36,924 nucleotides of DNA from Priapulus caudatus. Its lineage: Eukaryota. The notes under the pieces were generated by a model, which saw only the letters and a list, made by a program, of their open reading frames with translations, searched no databases and was not told the origin of the DNA. The position numbers were made by a program, and so were the translations under genes. Shown here piece after piece: positions 13,355-25,500 of this stretch; the stretch's first letter is position 1; each line of letters opens with the position of its first letter. The stretch spans positions 297,337 through 334,260 of the forward strand of contig NW_014577066.1 of the NCBI RefSeq assembly GCF_000485595.1, in the 5' to 3' direction.

Positions 13355-13841
13355 TAGGGTTCGACACTAACCCACGTCCAACCGACCTAGTCGGGTAAAT
13401 GCTTGGTCCGGTCGCATACAACCAGAGTGCTAGTAGCCTGACTGGTCGTGTTAGAATTGGTCATATATATTGCACTGAAAGGTCACCTCTGGCTAGACTG
13501 GTTCGCAGGCCGCACTGTTTGTCGCAGAGCGTGTACATTGTCTAGCAGAGCGTGAGGCCGGATACCAGTCTACCCTTCGGCAAAAACAATAACGTGGCTT
13601 GCTGCCAGCCGCAGTAGACGATCGATAAACCGTGCACCCGTGTATGCCCGTGGTAGAATACGAATGCTGCACGTGAACTCAGCCCATGTGCGATTTAAAG
13701 CGCGGGAAACAGCATCTATGAATTCATGCGATGACACACTCTTATCTAGGGCTAGTGAAAGTTAGGTCAGGGCTAGTGGTTTTCCTCAGTTACTAGCCCG
13801 ATGGTCTAGTGAAATAAAAAGTTAATGTTAATTGAACCCTG
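13355..13841. mobile_element. Non-autonomous DNA transposon ((C/T)AGGGTTC termini; 7-8-bp TSD attaagg[t])
   Basis: attaagg|tagggttcgacactaac ... gttaattgaaccctg|attaagg. Confidence 0.75.
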
Positions 13842-14170
13842 ATTAAGGTACTAGAGCTACTGCATCACAAGTTAGCTATCTTAAAAAATTGGCCCAATCC
13901 TAGTTTAGCACCCCGGATCAGTTTACCACATTTGCGGGGTACCAAACTATAAGGATTTAGCAAAAAAATCTTGCAGGGTTTGGTCAATACAAGAGTCAGG
14001 GTGCTTCCAGTCAGTTTTGCAGCTTGTGATCATCATACACCACACAATAACAAGTGATGTATTTAATTGTGGCTAGGGCGCGGTATATGAGTTTGCTGCA
14101 AATCACATACAATGTGTGGCTCAAGGATATATATAACTATAAGAGCTGTCCACATTTGCATGTCACACAT

Positions 14171-15250
14171 TGCGAAAATGAATTGTGGTCAGCGCTCATA
14201 TCCATGATTCATGGATATAAGCGCTGACCACAATCATGGATATAAGGGCTGACCACAATCATGGATATAAGCGCTGACCACAATCATGGATATAAGCGCT
14301 GACCACAATCATGGATATAAGCGCTGACCACAATCATGGATATAAGGGATGACCACAATCATGGATATAAGCGCTGACCACAATCATGGATATAAGGGCT
14401 GACCACAATCATGGATATAAGCGCTGACCACAATCATGGATATAAGGGCTGACCACAATCATGGATATAAGCGCTGACCACAATCATGGATATAAGGGCT
14501 GACCACAATCATGGATATAAGCGCTGACCACAATCATGGATATAAGCGATGTGTACCGACATTCTAGGATTATAATCGCTTGAACGCAGCAACTCATTCG
14601 GATATTAAGGGCTGAACCACGAATCATGGGGGATATTTTAAAAGCACTGAGCGATCACATATCATGGAAATAAAATTGAGCTGACCACAATCCGGATGAT
14701 ATAAGGCGGGGCTGAACCACAATCATGGGATTGATAAGCGCTGGACGGGTCACTAATTCTTATGGATTTATAAGCGCTTTGACTTTTTCTATTACATTTC
14801 GGTTTTTCGTTTTTTTTGTTCTTTTTTGTTGGTTATCATGGATATAAGTCTGGCTGACGGTTCACCAATCGATTGGATATTAAGGGCTTACCACATTTCA
14901 ATCATTGGATATAAGCACTGACCACAATCATGAATAAAAGGGCTGACACAAATCATGGATATAAGGCGCTTGACGCACAATATGGATAGTAAGCGCTGAC
15001 TTATTCAACAATCATTGGATATAAGCGCTGACCACTAATTCAATCGCTGAATGAAGGGCTGACAACAATCATTGGATTAAAGCGCTTGACGCACAATCAA
15101 TGGATATAGTTAGCGGCTGCGACGGACACAATCAAGGATATTAAGCGCCTTGACCAGACAATCATGATATCGACGCTGACCAAAGTTGGTTCGGTGGTTT
15201 TTGATTCATCGTGATATAAAGCGTACCCAACAATCATGGATATAAGCGCT
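14171..15250 (+). repeat. 25-bp minisatellite (gcgctgaccacaatcatggatataa)n preceded by one inverted unit
   Basis: About 13 clean units at 14221-14545 with gcgct/gggct variants, then degenerate units to ~15250. The same repeat is at 1-63, and an inverted unit is at 14182-14209. Confidence 0.95.
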
Positions 15251-15627
15251 TGACATTTCATTTGTTCAATACCATTTTCTGTTGTTCTATGGGTTTGCAA
15301 TTGTAACCTTGATTTCAATGTGTTTTGCGACTTCGATTGCATGCTGATCAACTGATCAGGCCTAATGCGCAAACCACATTCATCGTGTAGATTGTCGACG
15401 GTTCAATGTGGTGGAATTAACATATTATATGCTTATGCAGACGGCGCATGCGTTTGGATATGAACTTGGCGTTTGTGACCATTTGCTTTTCTATGTGTGC
15501 GTAGCATTTCGCGTGTCGTGTATGAGTGAACAGTTGTTGTGCGTGTATTGTTTGGCAATTACTTCGAAGTGCGGGGCTTGGCTGCGTTGGTGTATGTCTC
15601 TCGCAGACTCAGCACTGTGACTCGTCT

Positions 15628-15724
15628 TACTCAGATGGCTCAACTGTAGAGTTGTCACCTCGCATGTGGAATGGTCGGGGTTCGTACCCCGGCCGGGTCA
15701 ATACCAAAGACTTGAAAAATGGTA
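15628..15724 (+). mobile_element. tRNA-derived SINE 5' fragment (degenerate A box, B box ggttcgtacccc, then ggtca.taccaaagact.gaaaaatggta core)
   Basis: Pol III B-box motif followed by a motif I recall resembling the Meta-SINE core. The family assignment is from memory and was not searched. Confidence 0.55.
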
Positions 15725-16299
15725 GACATTTGTTTTTCTTCTTTTTGTTTTGGTCTTGCTTTTATCTCTGCTTAGTTACTTTCTATTTTTTTCAGCAATA
15801 TAATAGTATAGAGTCGTGGAAACGGTGCCATGAGCTAGTAGAGCCCTTTGTCATGGCGGCAGCCGTCAGTGGAAAACTCGTGAATCTTTCTTCACCCAAC
15901 AACGCCCACTCCTACGGCCACTAGCCCGGCAGTCAGGCACCCGGAAACATTATCTATGTAAGTCGTCCCTGTTGATTGTTGAAACTTTTGTTCGGTTTTT
16001 TTCTTGGGCTTACTCCGTAGTTCATCGTTATGGAAATAATTCTCTACGTTACACTTTCTATCACCAGGTCTTCTGCCTCATACTCGACTCGACTATCTTG
16101 ATCTACTAACTACTTTTGTCACACCCTGTTCCAAATATTTCTTCATTTATTACATATACACACCAACTTAATTCCACATTCCTCCCTACTCCCCTCTCGC
16201 TTCTCTTCATTCTGCAAAAATACACACCATTTCTAAAGCTTCCGAAACCAGTGGTAGTGCATCTTCCTCGCCAAGCTCGCCTCGTTTCTTCATTGTTCA

Positions 16300-16520
16300 T
16301 ACTCCACCCTACCGCTAGGATTTAGTTAGATGTTTATTTGTCAAAACAATCGACGAAATTTTATATCACTATCGTCTATAAATAGAAATAAAACTGATAT
16401 TTAATCTTTTAAATCACATACTCTATTATGTATATTACATTTACTTCTCCTATATAACGTAGATCAATTATATCTTTACTTAAGATTCACAGTGAAAACT
16501 CGGTTAAGCTCGCCATATGC
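16300..16520. promoter_or_regulatory. Putative bidirectional promoter between a non-coding KCTD9 first exon (-) and PTCD3 exon 1 (+); clean copy at 563-772
   Basis: In the clean copy, a minus-strand donor (TAG|GTGAGT at 563-571) lies ~200 bp from the PTCD3 ATG. There is a CACGTG E-box at 744-749 and a YY1-like ATGGCGGCC. The KCTD9 ATG exon begins with an acceptor, so an upstream UTR exon is required. Confidence 0.5.
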
Positions 16521-19500
16521 GCGCTCCAATGTGCTCCAAAGTTAACAACTGCATCGTAATGGCAAAAAATCGAACGCCACTCTCTTCACATACCTCAAGA
16601 GTTGGCGCGATGCAAAATTATTCCGTGTTTGTCCATATAAAACTGAAATAGTTCTATGCACAATTAATTAGTTGAGAGCATTCGTGTGATGAAATTAAAC
16701 TGCTAGACTGCTTATTCCATGGACAACTGTCCATGGGCATCTTGGTTCGCCCACATCTCACGCCAGGGTCGAATTAAAAAGCGGCCGAGAAGCGGCACAG
16801 GCAATCCTTTTTTCAGGGCACTGAGAAAATCGCCTTGCATTTTCTCCTAAAATGGAAGGCAACAGACGGCAATTTTAAAAGGCACCCAGGCAACTTTCAA
16901 AAATTTGAGAAAGCGGCACCAAGGCCCTTTTGTAAAATAAAGAAAACTTCTCACAAAATTAGTAGCACTCAACATCGTCTTCGCTTTTAATGCCAAAACA
17001 ATATGCCCCATGAAGCTTACACCGCGTAACACCGACCCTTGGTACCCGCCTCTGCTATGGAAGTAACACGTAAACCAACTAAATCTTTATATGCCGCGCT
17101 ATCAGGAGTGAATAATTATCGTGCTGTTATTTCGTTCGCCGTCTCCCTTGCGCACTATCGTTTAAGCTCCATCATTGCACCCTAACAGCACCGCACCCAC
17201 GCGTGTTATGTTTGATTCGCATAAAAACGACACTAGGCGCAGTAGATAAAGGGACACCGACCGGCAATTACACAAAACGGGCAAGGCGGTGATGCCGTCG
17301 TCGAGTTTGGAACTTTCTCAGGGGCTGCAGTACGGCAATTGATAGTGGATGGAAATCCGACCGGCACTTGCGTCGGTCGTCGTTAATTCGAGCCCTCGCT
17401 CTCAAGCGCTACCCTAGACCGAACTAATTTCCTGTGGGTCCCATATAACTTTTTTTATATTTTGGTGAGGGTATTATATTGGGAACAGCAACGGGGTTCA
17501 TTGAAACTTTCGTGAGATCGCCCCGCATGCAAAATGAATGCCTGAGAATGGGCCCGTACGCCGCTATTGGCGCAGGCGAAAAAACCTAAACCCGTTCCCT
17601 TCTACATATTCACCTTGCACAGATATGTGTATACATTACATTCAAATCGTTATTCAACCTTCTTTAAAGATTGTTTTTTTTTTCAAGAAACACCGCTGCA
17701 ATTCAAACTTTCGTCAGATAACATTCGCGCGCATTTACGAAAAACAAAACAATCAGAAACCCAGAACCCAATTCAGCAACAGCGAGTCTTATCAGCCTCC
17801 TGCAGCGCCACAGATTACAAGAGAACCAGCTAAGTATGTTAACACTCCGCTCTGATTGGTCCTGATTGTTTGTAAATGGCGAATGTTATTTACGAAAGTG
17901 GATGCAGCAGGGGTTTCTGAAGAAACAAAAATGCTTTTACAGAAGTGAATAACGATGAAAGTGAATGTATACACCATATCTGTACAAGGGTTGAAGTCAA
18001 TGTAGAAGGAAACGGTAGGTTTTTTTTTTTTTTTATCGCGCCCAATAGGGCGTAACGGCCACATTCGCCAGCGATGCATTTTGCATGCATTCTGCACGAA
18101 AATTTCCAATGAACGCCCGTTCCTGTCCCAATATAACCCATCACCAAAATATAAAAAAGGTTATATGGCAGAAGTTATTCGTCTAAAAGCGCTACCAGAA
18201 AGCATCATCTACTCTGCGCTTCCTGCGGAGAACTTACGAGGTGTCCAACCAGCAAACAAGCGTCTTGCATCATTCCAGCCCAGTGCGAACCCATAATGGA
18301 GTATTGGTGCAATAGTATGGACCCGATAACCAGCGACAGGATAAGACCGACTGAGAAGATACAACACCGTGCAGCCCCGCTTCATCACACGAGAGGACTA
18401 CGCACAGCAGAACTCCAGGCTGTGTTACAGACATGCTTATCGTGCCCTACAGGTGAAAGCCTCCAAACCGCCGCCCGTGATATGAGAACTAAGCTAACCT
18501 ATCTCTACAAATCTCAGAGGGTTTTGGTACACCCAGCAATGCCCGCCGTCAGGTTTAACAACAGTTTCAAACGGCGCAAAAAGACGAGTGAGAGACCACC
18601 AGAAGATACAAACACAAGGAGGCAGTTCATCAGTGCTTCCGATCACCGAACAGGGCGCTTTCAATTCGTCCTGAACTCAAAGATTTCAAACGTAACCAGC
18701 GTAACAACAACCTGCACAGATAACCAGCCACGACAGCATATCAGAAGTGGCTATAATCCCCGCCCGGCAGCCGGCCCGCATATATCTGACGGCTGCGGGC
18801 ACCGTCTTCGATTTCCTAATGCCGCAGTTTTTAATTTTCATCGCAGCGTTATCTCAAAGTAAACAAGGGTTAGGGTTAGAACATGGGGGCCGGCATTTAG
18901 GAAATCGAAGACCGTGCCCGGCTGCCGGGCATATAGCCACAGCGTACAAGAATTCCTTTTTTGTCCACACAGTGATAGAGTGGAACCACCTGGGTGACCA
19001 CATAGTAACTGTGGACAGTGCTGAGCAATTTACATCTATGCTCAGCCAACATCAATTCTAAAATAATTAGCCCCCTCGATGCCAAATTTGGATACTGCAA
19101 CGTACTACAACAGAAACAGAGATGGCTATGCCATTTGCATTGCATCAAATCACTGCATCGGCCCAATCTGGCAATCAATACGAGGTCATGGCAATTGTGA
19201 ATTGTGCAAATCAGGCACATGGGTTGAAATCAGTTCGATACAATAATCTAACCATACACAAGACCCAAGAGTAGGGTTAGGATATCATTCTAGGGTATCA
19301 TATTTTCTATTTTTGGACTATGGCAAAAGCCAAAACTATTTCACTTGCTATTATTATATAATATTTTATTATTAATAGCGATCTTCACTGGAATGCCCAC
19401 ATTGATTATATTTTAAGAAAGCGTCTCACGCCTTTGGTATGTTATGGCGTAACCTTAGCTTTGCAGATTCTAAAACTTGGTCCCTGGCTTTTAATACTAT

Positions 19501-22500
19501 GGTTCTGCCCATATTAGAATATGCTTCGCCAGGCTGGTAGCCCTATATACTTCAGAACTACTCAAAAATTGGATGCCATTCAGCATTAAGCTGCGAGGTG
19601 GGTTTCCAAAATCTATCATGATAGTGTTGATATTGTTTTGGCTCGTCTTGATTGGCCTCCTCTTTGTGTCCGCTTTCTCCATGCTAAACTTGTAACTTTC
19701 CATAAAATCCATCATGGTCAGGTGAAGATTGGCATTCCCTCTTGCCTGATGGAGCCTGTTCGATGCACTCAATCATCTGAGCGTGATCAATGCTTTTGGC
19801 ATTTGCCATCTTCTAAAGATTCTTTTAAGTTTAGATTTTTTGTTTCTGTGATACCGTATTGGCAATGGAATTCGCTCCCTTCATCTTTGGTAAATTGCAA
19901 ATTTGCAGGTTTTTCCACTGCAATCCGCAGTGTTGATCTATCGATTTGATCAACTTGTCTCTCCGTATTCGTTATAGTCCCTTGGAATTTTGAAGACTAC
20001 TATTTATGAGGTTATGACGCTTGGCTTCCGCTAGACGTTCGCCACGGTCCTCTGGACTTAAAAAAGTGCAATGTGGCTTAAAAAATGTGCATTGTGGCTA
20101 AAAGGATAAAGCACACGCTGGCGAAAGGAAATAAATAATTACTTTGAGGCTGTTTTATTGGCCAAATAAACTGCCTTCAAGTAGATCTGACTCTCCTCGA
20201 TGTTTTGTATGTACTTTGTGGCCACGTCACCAGATTTTGTGGAGATCGATCCATTTTTTGTGTAGAGCTATCCATATTAGACACGCGATACCATTGGTGC
20301 ATTGATTCTAGGTCATGCTTGGCCCTATGCCTTACACTAGCCAATAAGAGAGTAGTTTACAGTTTGATACGTATCCTGGCAACGTGAAACAAATCGAGAT
20401 GGCTAGCCGGCAGAGTCTGATGAAAGATTTTTTTACTAGTGGAGGAAAGGAAGGATCAAGCCAAGATAATAAAAATAAATGTCCAGAAGTGAATAGTGAA
20501 AAGAAGGATATTAAACCGTACGATAGAGATGGGCATGTCATACCGTACGATAGAGATGGCAGAGAACCAAGCTCATTGGTTTTCTGAATTTAAGGGGCTT
20601 ATCAAGGAAAACGATGTTTTGCTTTGTTCCTGGTGTAATGAAGCAGGTAAAAATAATGTGTAGCCTATGCCCGAGGCAAGGCAGTGTACAAACAAAGTGT
20701 GGCTAATGAGTTGCCTTTGTGGCTAAAGGTTTTTATGGTTCATTTAGCCACGGTGGCTAAGACTAAATTACTGCAGAGGAAGCCTAGAACCTCAGAGGTT
20801 CCTTGCTCATCTGACGTATCAGGAATGGTTGGCTGTGCAGGGATTGTCATTGACACGGACAGCCAAGATAAGAATATCCCACCTTGCGTAGTGTTGTTGT
20901 TAATGTTATTGACACTGACAGCCACCAATCAACCTCTTATTATACAGGGTGCTATCCACTATCCAGGCATTTAACACATGTTAGGTCTGATATGCATTTA
21001 AAGCTGAACCTGTTTTGTGACAGCCCATAAATTATCAGATGTTTAATTGACAAAGACATATTATAAGGGGGTCCTACTCTGGTGTTGGGTTACATTATTA
21101 TACCTAGATCGAAATGAACTAAACGGACACTAGACAATGCGGCTAATAAAAAGAAAATTCAACTGGCTCTTTACAACTATATCAGAATCTACCAGCACTG
21201 GATCTCTCTAATATAGTATTGAAGTCAGTTGACATTCTGAGTTGAATTTAGTGAACCAGCATACTTTTTGTACTTTCTGTGTCTTTACTGTCATCCACAG
21301 TGTTGGTATATTGATTTGATCCATTTTGACTGTCTGTTGCCTTCAGTATAGTCCAGGGTGCGAAATTAACGGGAGTCCGGAGTCAAATACTCCCTGATTT
21401 ACTGCCAGACTTCTTGATTTGACATATGCAGGAGTCCGTGTGACTCCCTGAAAATTCTTCCATACTAACTAGTTCGTTCCAGAGCACGGCCTCACAGAAT
21501 TAACGTATTTTTTCAGCAAATGTCCAAAGAAAATTTGGCAGACGTGCAACCGCATGAATCTTAAAAATAAGCACATGCGTTATTGTTAATATCATTAATT
21601 TTGAACTTCAGACTGGGAACTCCCTCATTTTGCCGCGGACTCCCTCTTTTTGAGGGCAGGGAGTCAGTTGGACTCCCTTGTTCAAAAGTTAATTTCTACC
21701 CCTGTAGTCTCTTCGACTTTGAAGACAAATTCTTGCAAGATTACAAGGTTACATGAATCAACAATTTCTTTTTAATTCTAATTCTAATTAGTCATTTAGC
21801 AACTATTTTACAAATAACAATAATAGAAGCACGAAGTTGGATTTCATCACTGGTTTATCATACAGGTTGTGTACACAGCATCTATGCAGTGCAAATGAAG
21901 AGGTGGCAGAACATTCACAAGAAATTGTGATACCTGACAGAATAGAGAGGTAGGTATACAACATTCTGAACAATGTATGTATTTCTCCATTGGGTTTAAT
22001 TTGCATTATTGAAACTTTTTGGAAATATTTGTTATTTGGTGTTACATCATACATAGCTACTATTGCTGCACATATAGACTAGCTTATAGCGAAGTAACAC
22101 AGTCATTTCTATGGATGTATTAATGAATTGTTTGGTAAGTTGGATCTAGGTATTGCTCATAGTTTAGCAGTAATACTAATAGTTGTAGTTGAAATATTTG
22201 TATTATATTTGGATTTCAGAGGTCCTACTGATATTTTGAGAGCGCTCGCATCAACAGTTGCAAGAGTGAGTATATCTATAGGTGTTAGTCATTCAAATTA
22301 TCGTAAATATAATGAATGTCTCACCAATTTTACTCGTTGCTATGCCATTACCTACGTGTCGTTCAAGATTGTTCTGCAATGACTTTACTACATTCACAGG
22401 ACCAGACAGCGGCTCACTACAAGTATCACGATGACCCCTTCTTTATACCTACCAGTAACATCGCCAAGGTAAGAATTGATGTGTTTTATTTGCTCAATGT

Positions 22501-25500
22501 TGCATAATGGTATGTTGAGTTTTGAATGCAAGTGGAATTCATTCCATCAATCCCACACACAGCGACTACACCGGCGTAGTGGTTACTGCATAGCATTTCT
22601 GACAGTGTAATATTTTCTACGCAGCGGTCATACGCTTTGTCGAAAGAATCGGGCAGAAAAGCCGCCCACTGGATATCCAACCAGTACCCAGAACTGTTTG
22701 AAGGAATCAACCCAGCAGATCCACAGATACCGGTACAAAACTTTATACTATCTAAAATTGCCTATTGGAAGTGACACAAATGAGAGAAAAAACAACGTGT
22801 GCATTTTTAAGTGACATGAACTTTTAGAAACAGTATTTTTTATTTTTGTGTGTGTGTGTACGTTTGCAACTAACAAAATGCTTGTCAGTATCTTCTGTGT
22901 ATTATGTGAACGAATGATAGAATGTTTAATAGCTGTGAGTGATGGTCACTCTCTGGATACTAAGGTTGACGTATGCAACGCAGGTGCTAATGCCAGACAA
23001 TCCAAAATACAAACATGAGGGAGCAACGGAGGAGGCTGTCCTAGAGAGGCTTGACTATGGAAAACCACTAGTTGCTTATCAGACTTATCAGGATTGTCTG
23101 GCGGCAGGTATTTTTCCCTGAGTCATGGAATATCTTGTCTCATGTAATGTCATTGATATCGACAGCCACTGTGCAGCATCTTAGTATACATACCCTGATT
23201 TATTTGTGGGTGCGGCTGGGTGTGTGTGTGTGTGCCCCTATACGTGTGAGTGTGCGTGTGTGTAATTCACAGTTTTAGTGACATTGCACGTGTGACGTGT
23301 AGCCTGGGTAACATGCTGTGATGCAGGGGTGAAGCTGAGTGCTGATGCACGAGATCGACTGCTGGCCATCCTCTGCTACTACAACTCCCAGGACCCACCC
23401 CTCACCGAGTTCATCGAGGAGAATTGGTACAAGCGTGCTCGGGAGCGCGGCGTGAGAAAGTCCTGGAAGTAAGTTTTGTTTGCGCTCGACGTAGTGAAAC
23501 GTGGTCATTATCATTGCACAGATTTTTCCGTGTCTGTCGGTATTCATGTTGTCGTGAGCACGCTGTGTGTGTAGTTGTCTTTTATGTCGTGTGCCCAACT
23601 TGCACCCAATTCATGTAGATAAGTGTGTTGTGGGGGCATTCGCATGAATGATTGCATGTCCACATGGATTCCAGCCACCTGTATGTGACGATGTGTGTCG
23701 TGTTGTGTCATGTTATCGTATATCATATCATATCTTGTGTTATGTGTAATGTCATGTCATGTCGTGTTATGTCCTGTCATGTCATGTTATGTCATGTTTT
23801 GTGTCACGTCGAGTCATGTCGTGCTGGGTTTCTGCACTCGGGCACGCTTCACTCAACACTGAATTCGGTTGGTTGTCACGAATCCCTTTTCTCAATACCA
23901 GCTCATTTTCTCCTCCCTGTATAAGCACAACCAGTTGCTGTAGCAATGCGTTATAGTGCGATGATTACTAGAACCATTGTTGCATTTCCGTTTCAGGGAC
24001 CAAGGTCCAGCAGACCAGTTGTTTCAGGACATGGGAGACGAAAGAACCTGCACTTCATACAAGCTAATAATCAGGGGCATGGTCAAGGTATATTAGAAAC
24101 ACTAGGGGGTAGAAATTAACTGTTGAACACGGGAGTCCAACGGACTCCCTACCCTCAAAAAGAGGTAGTCCGTAGCAAAATGATGGAGCCGCAGTCTGAA
24201 GTTCAAAAATTAAAGATATTAAACAATAACACGTGCTTATTTTGAAAATTCATGCGGTTACACGTCTGCCAATTTTTCTTTGAACATTTGCTGAAAAAAA
24301 AATAAAATACTGTAATTTCGGCGAGGCGTCGGCTCTGGAAGAACTAGTTAGTATATTATGGCAGAATTTTCAGGGAGTCACACGACTCCTGCACAAGCGC
24401 GTAAGCCGGGGGGGGGGTCCTGGGGCCCTAGGCCCCCCCCCAATAAAAATAAAAAGGAATTTTTTTTCTTTCTCTATTTTCTTTTTTTCTTAAAAGCGCG
24501 TAGCTGGCCTAATCCTGGCCTCATTAAAAAAACGTTAGTCACACAGCATGGTCGGTTAGGTGTCGTTGTAGAGCTGCAGAAGAAATTAGTATTGTCAACA
24601 AAACAGCGTCTAAAATTTGATTAAAGCAACTAGTTTTTTACATTAACTAAAAAAATATTTTAGACCACCAGACCCCCTTCTTACTCGCTCGAGGACCCCC
24701 CAATCCAAATTCCTGGCTACGCCCTTGTCCTGCATATGTCAAATCAGGGAGTCCGGCAGGAAATCGAGGAGTATTTGACTCCGGACTCCCGTTAATTTCG
24801 CACCCTGAACACATTGGCAGCTATCACACAATAGCATGATGGTTATTAGAAAGGAAGCTAGTGGGATGGTTATGGTGAAGTGATGACAAATCTGTAGTTT
24901 TGCATTTTTACTGTGCGCTTTTGGAGGTTATAACATAATTATGTATGGAGTTTGTGTTGTTTTCATGTTTGTTATTATTGGTATGATTCAGTATTACCAA
25001 GTGGAAAAGGCATATGCACTCTTCAGAGAAATGCAGGATAAAGGTTTTGAAGGTACAATGTAATGTTTATTTTTATAGTATCTTAAACGTATGTGGCATA
25101 ATGGATTTTTGATGTCTGAAATCATTCTATAGCTATTTTTTCAGTTTTATTATTTTGCTGACAGTTGATCTCTCCACGTACAATGCCATACTGAGCATAG
25201 CAAACTTCCTGCGTGAAGGAAACGAACAGAAGTTGCAGCTTGCTAAGGTAAATAATCAGTGTTAATGAAAAAAAGAGTGACAGGGAATATCAATTGGATA
25301 ATGTTTATATTTACCTGTGCACAGTATTCCCTCTGAGTTCTTAGGATTCTGAAGGACCTAGTTGTGTGGTGCCCACGTGGCCCAAATGAATAATGTGATC
25401 TGATGTGAAACTACGTGTTAGCATGGCCTTTAAATCTACACGACGGTGCCTTTTTCTCATCCACGTTGCTGCCCTCTGTAGGACCTGATGCTTCAAATGG

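Noticed and set aside
14211..15250. 25-bp repeat array as a CRISPR array
   Set aside because: Units are directly adjacent with no unique spacers, there are no cas genes, and the context is eukaryotic. The variation in the distal part is indel noise.
15628..15700. tRNA gene
   Set aside because: A B box is present but no cloverleaf can be folded, and it continues into a SINE-like core.
15853..15957. MAAAVSGKLVNL.. as PTCD3 exon 1
   Set aside because: It has an in-frame stop before the donor as assembled and is absent from the clean duplicate. The MAASMCSK.. exon fits phase and composition better.
17783..17833. 51-bp phase-2/2 exon-like segment (ESYQPPAAPQITREPA) in the foldback spacer as an extra PTCD3 exon
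   Set aside because: It has no polypyrimidine tract, lies inside a transposon, and is not needed to keep the frame.
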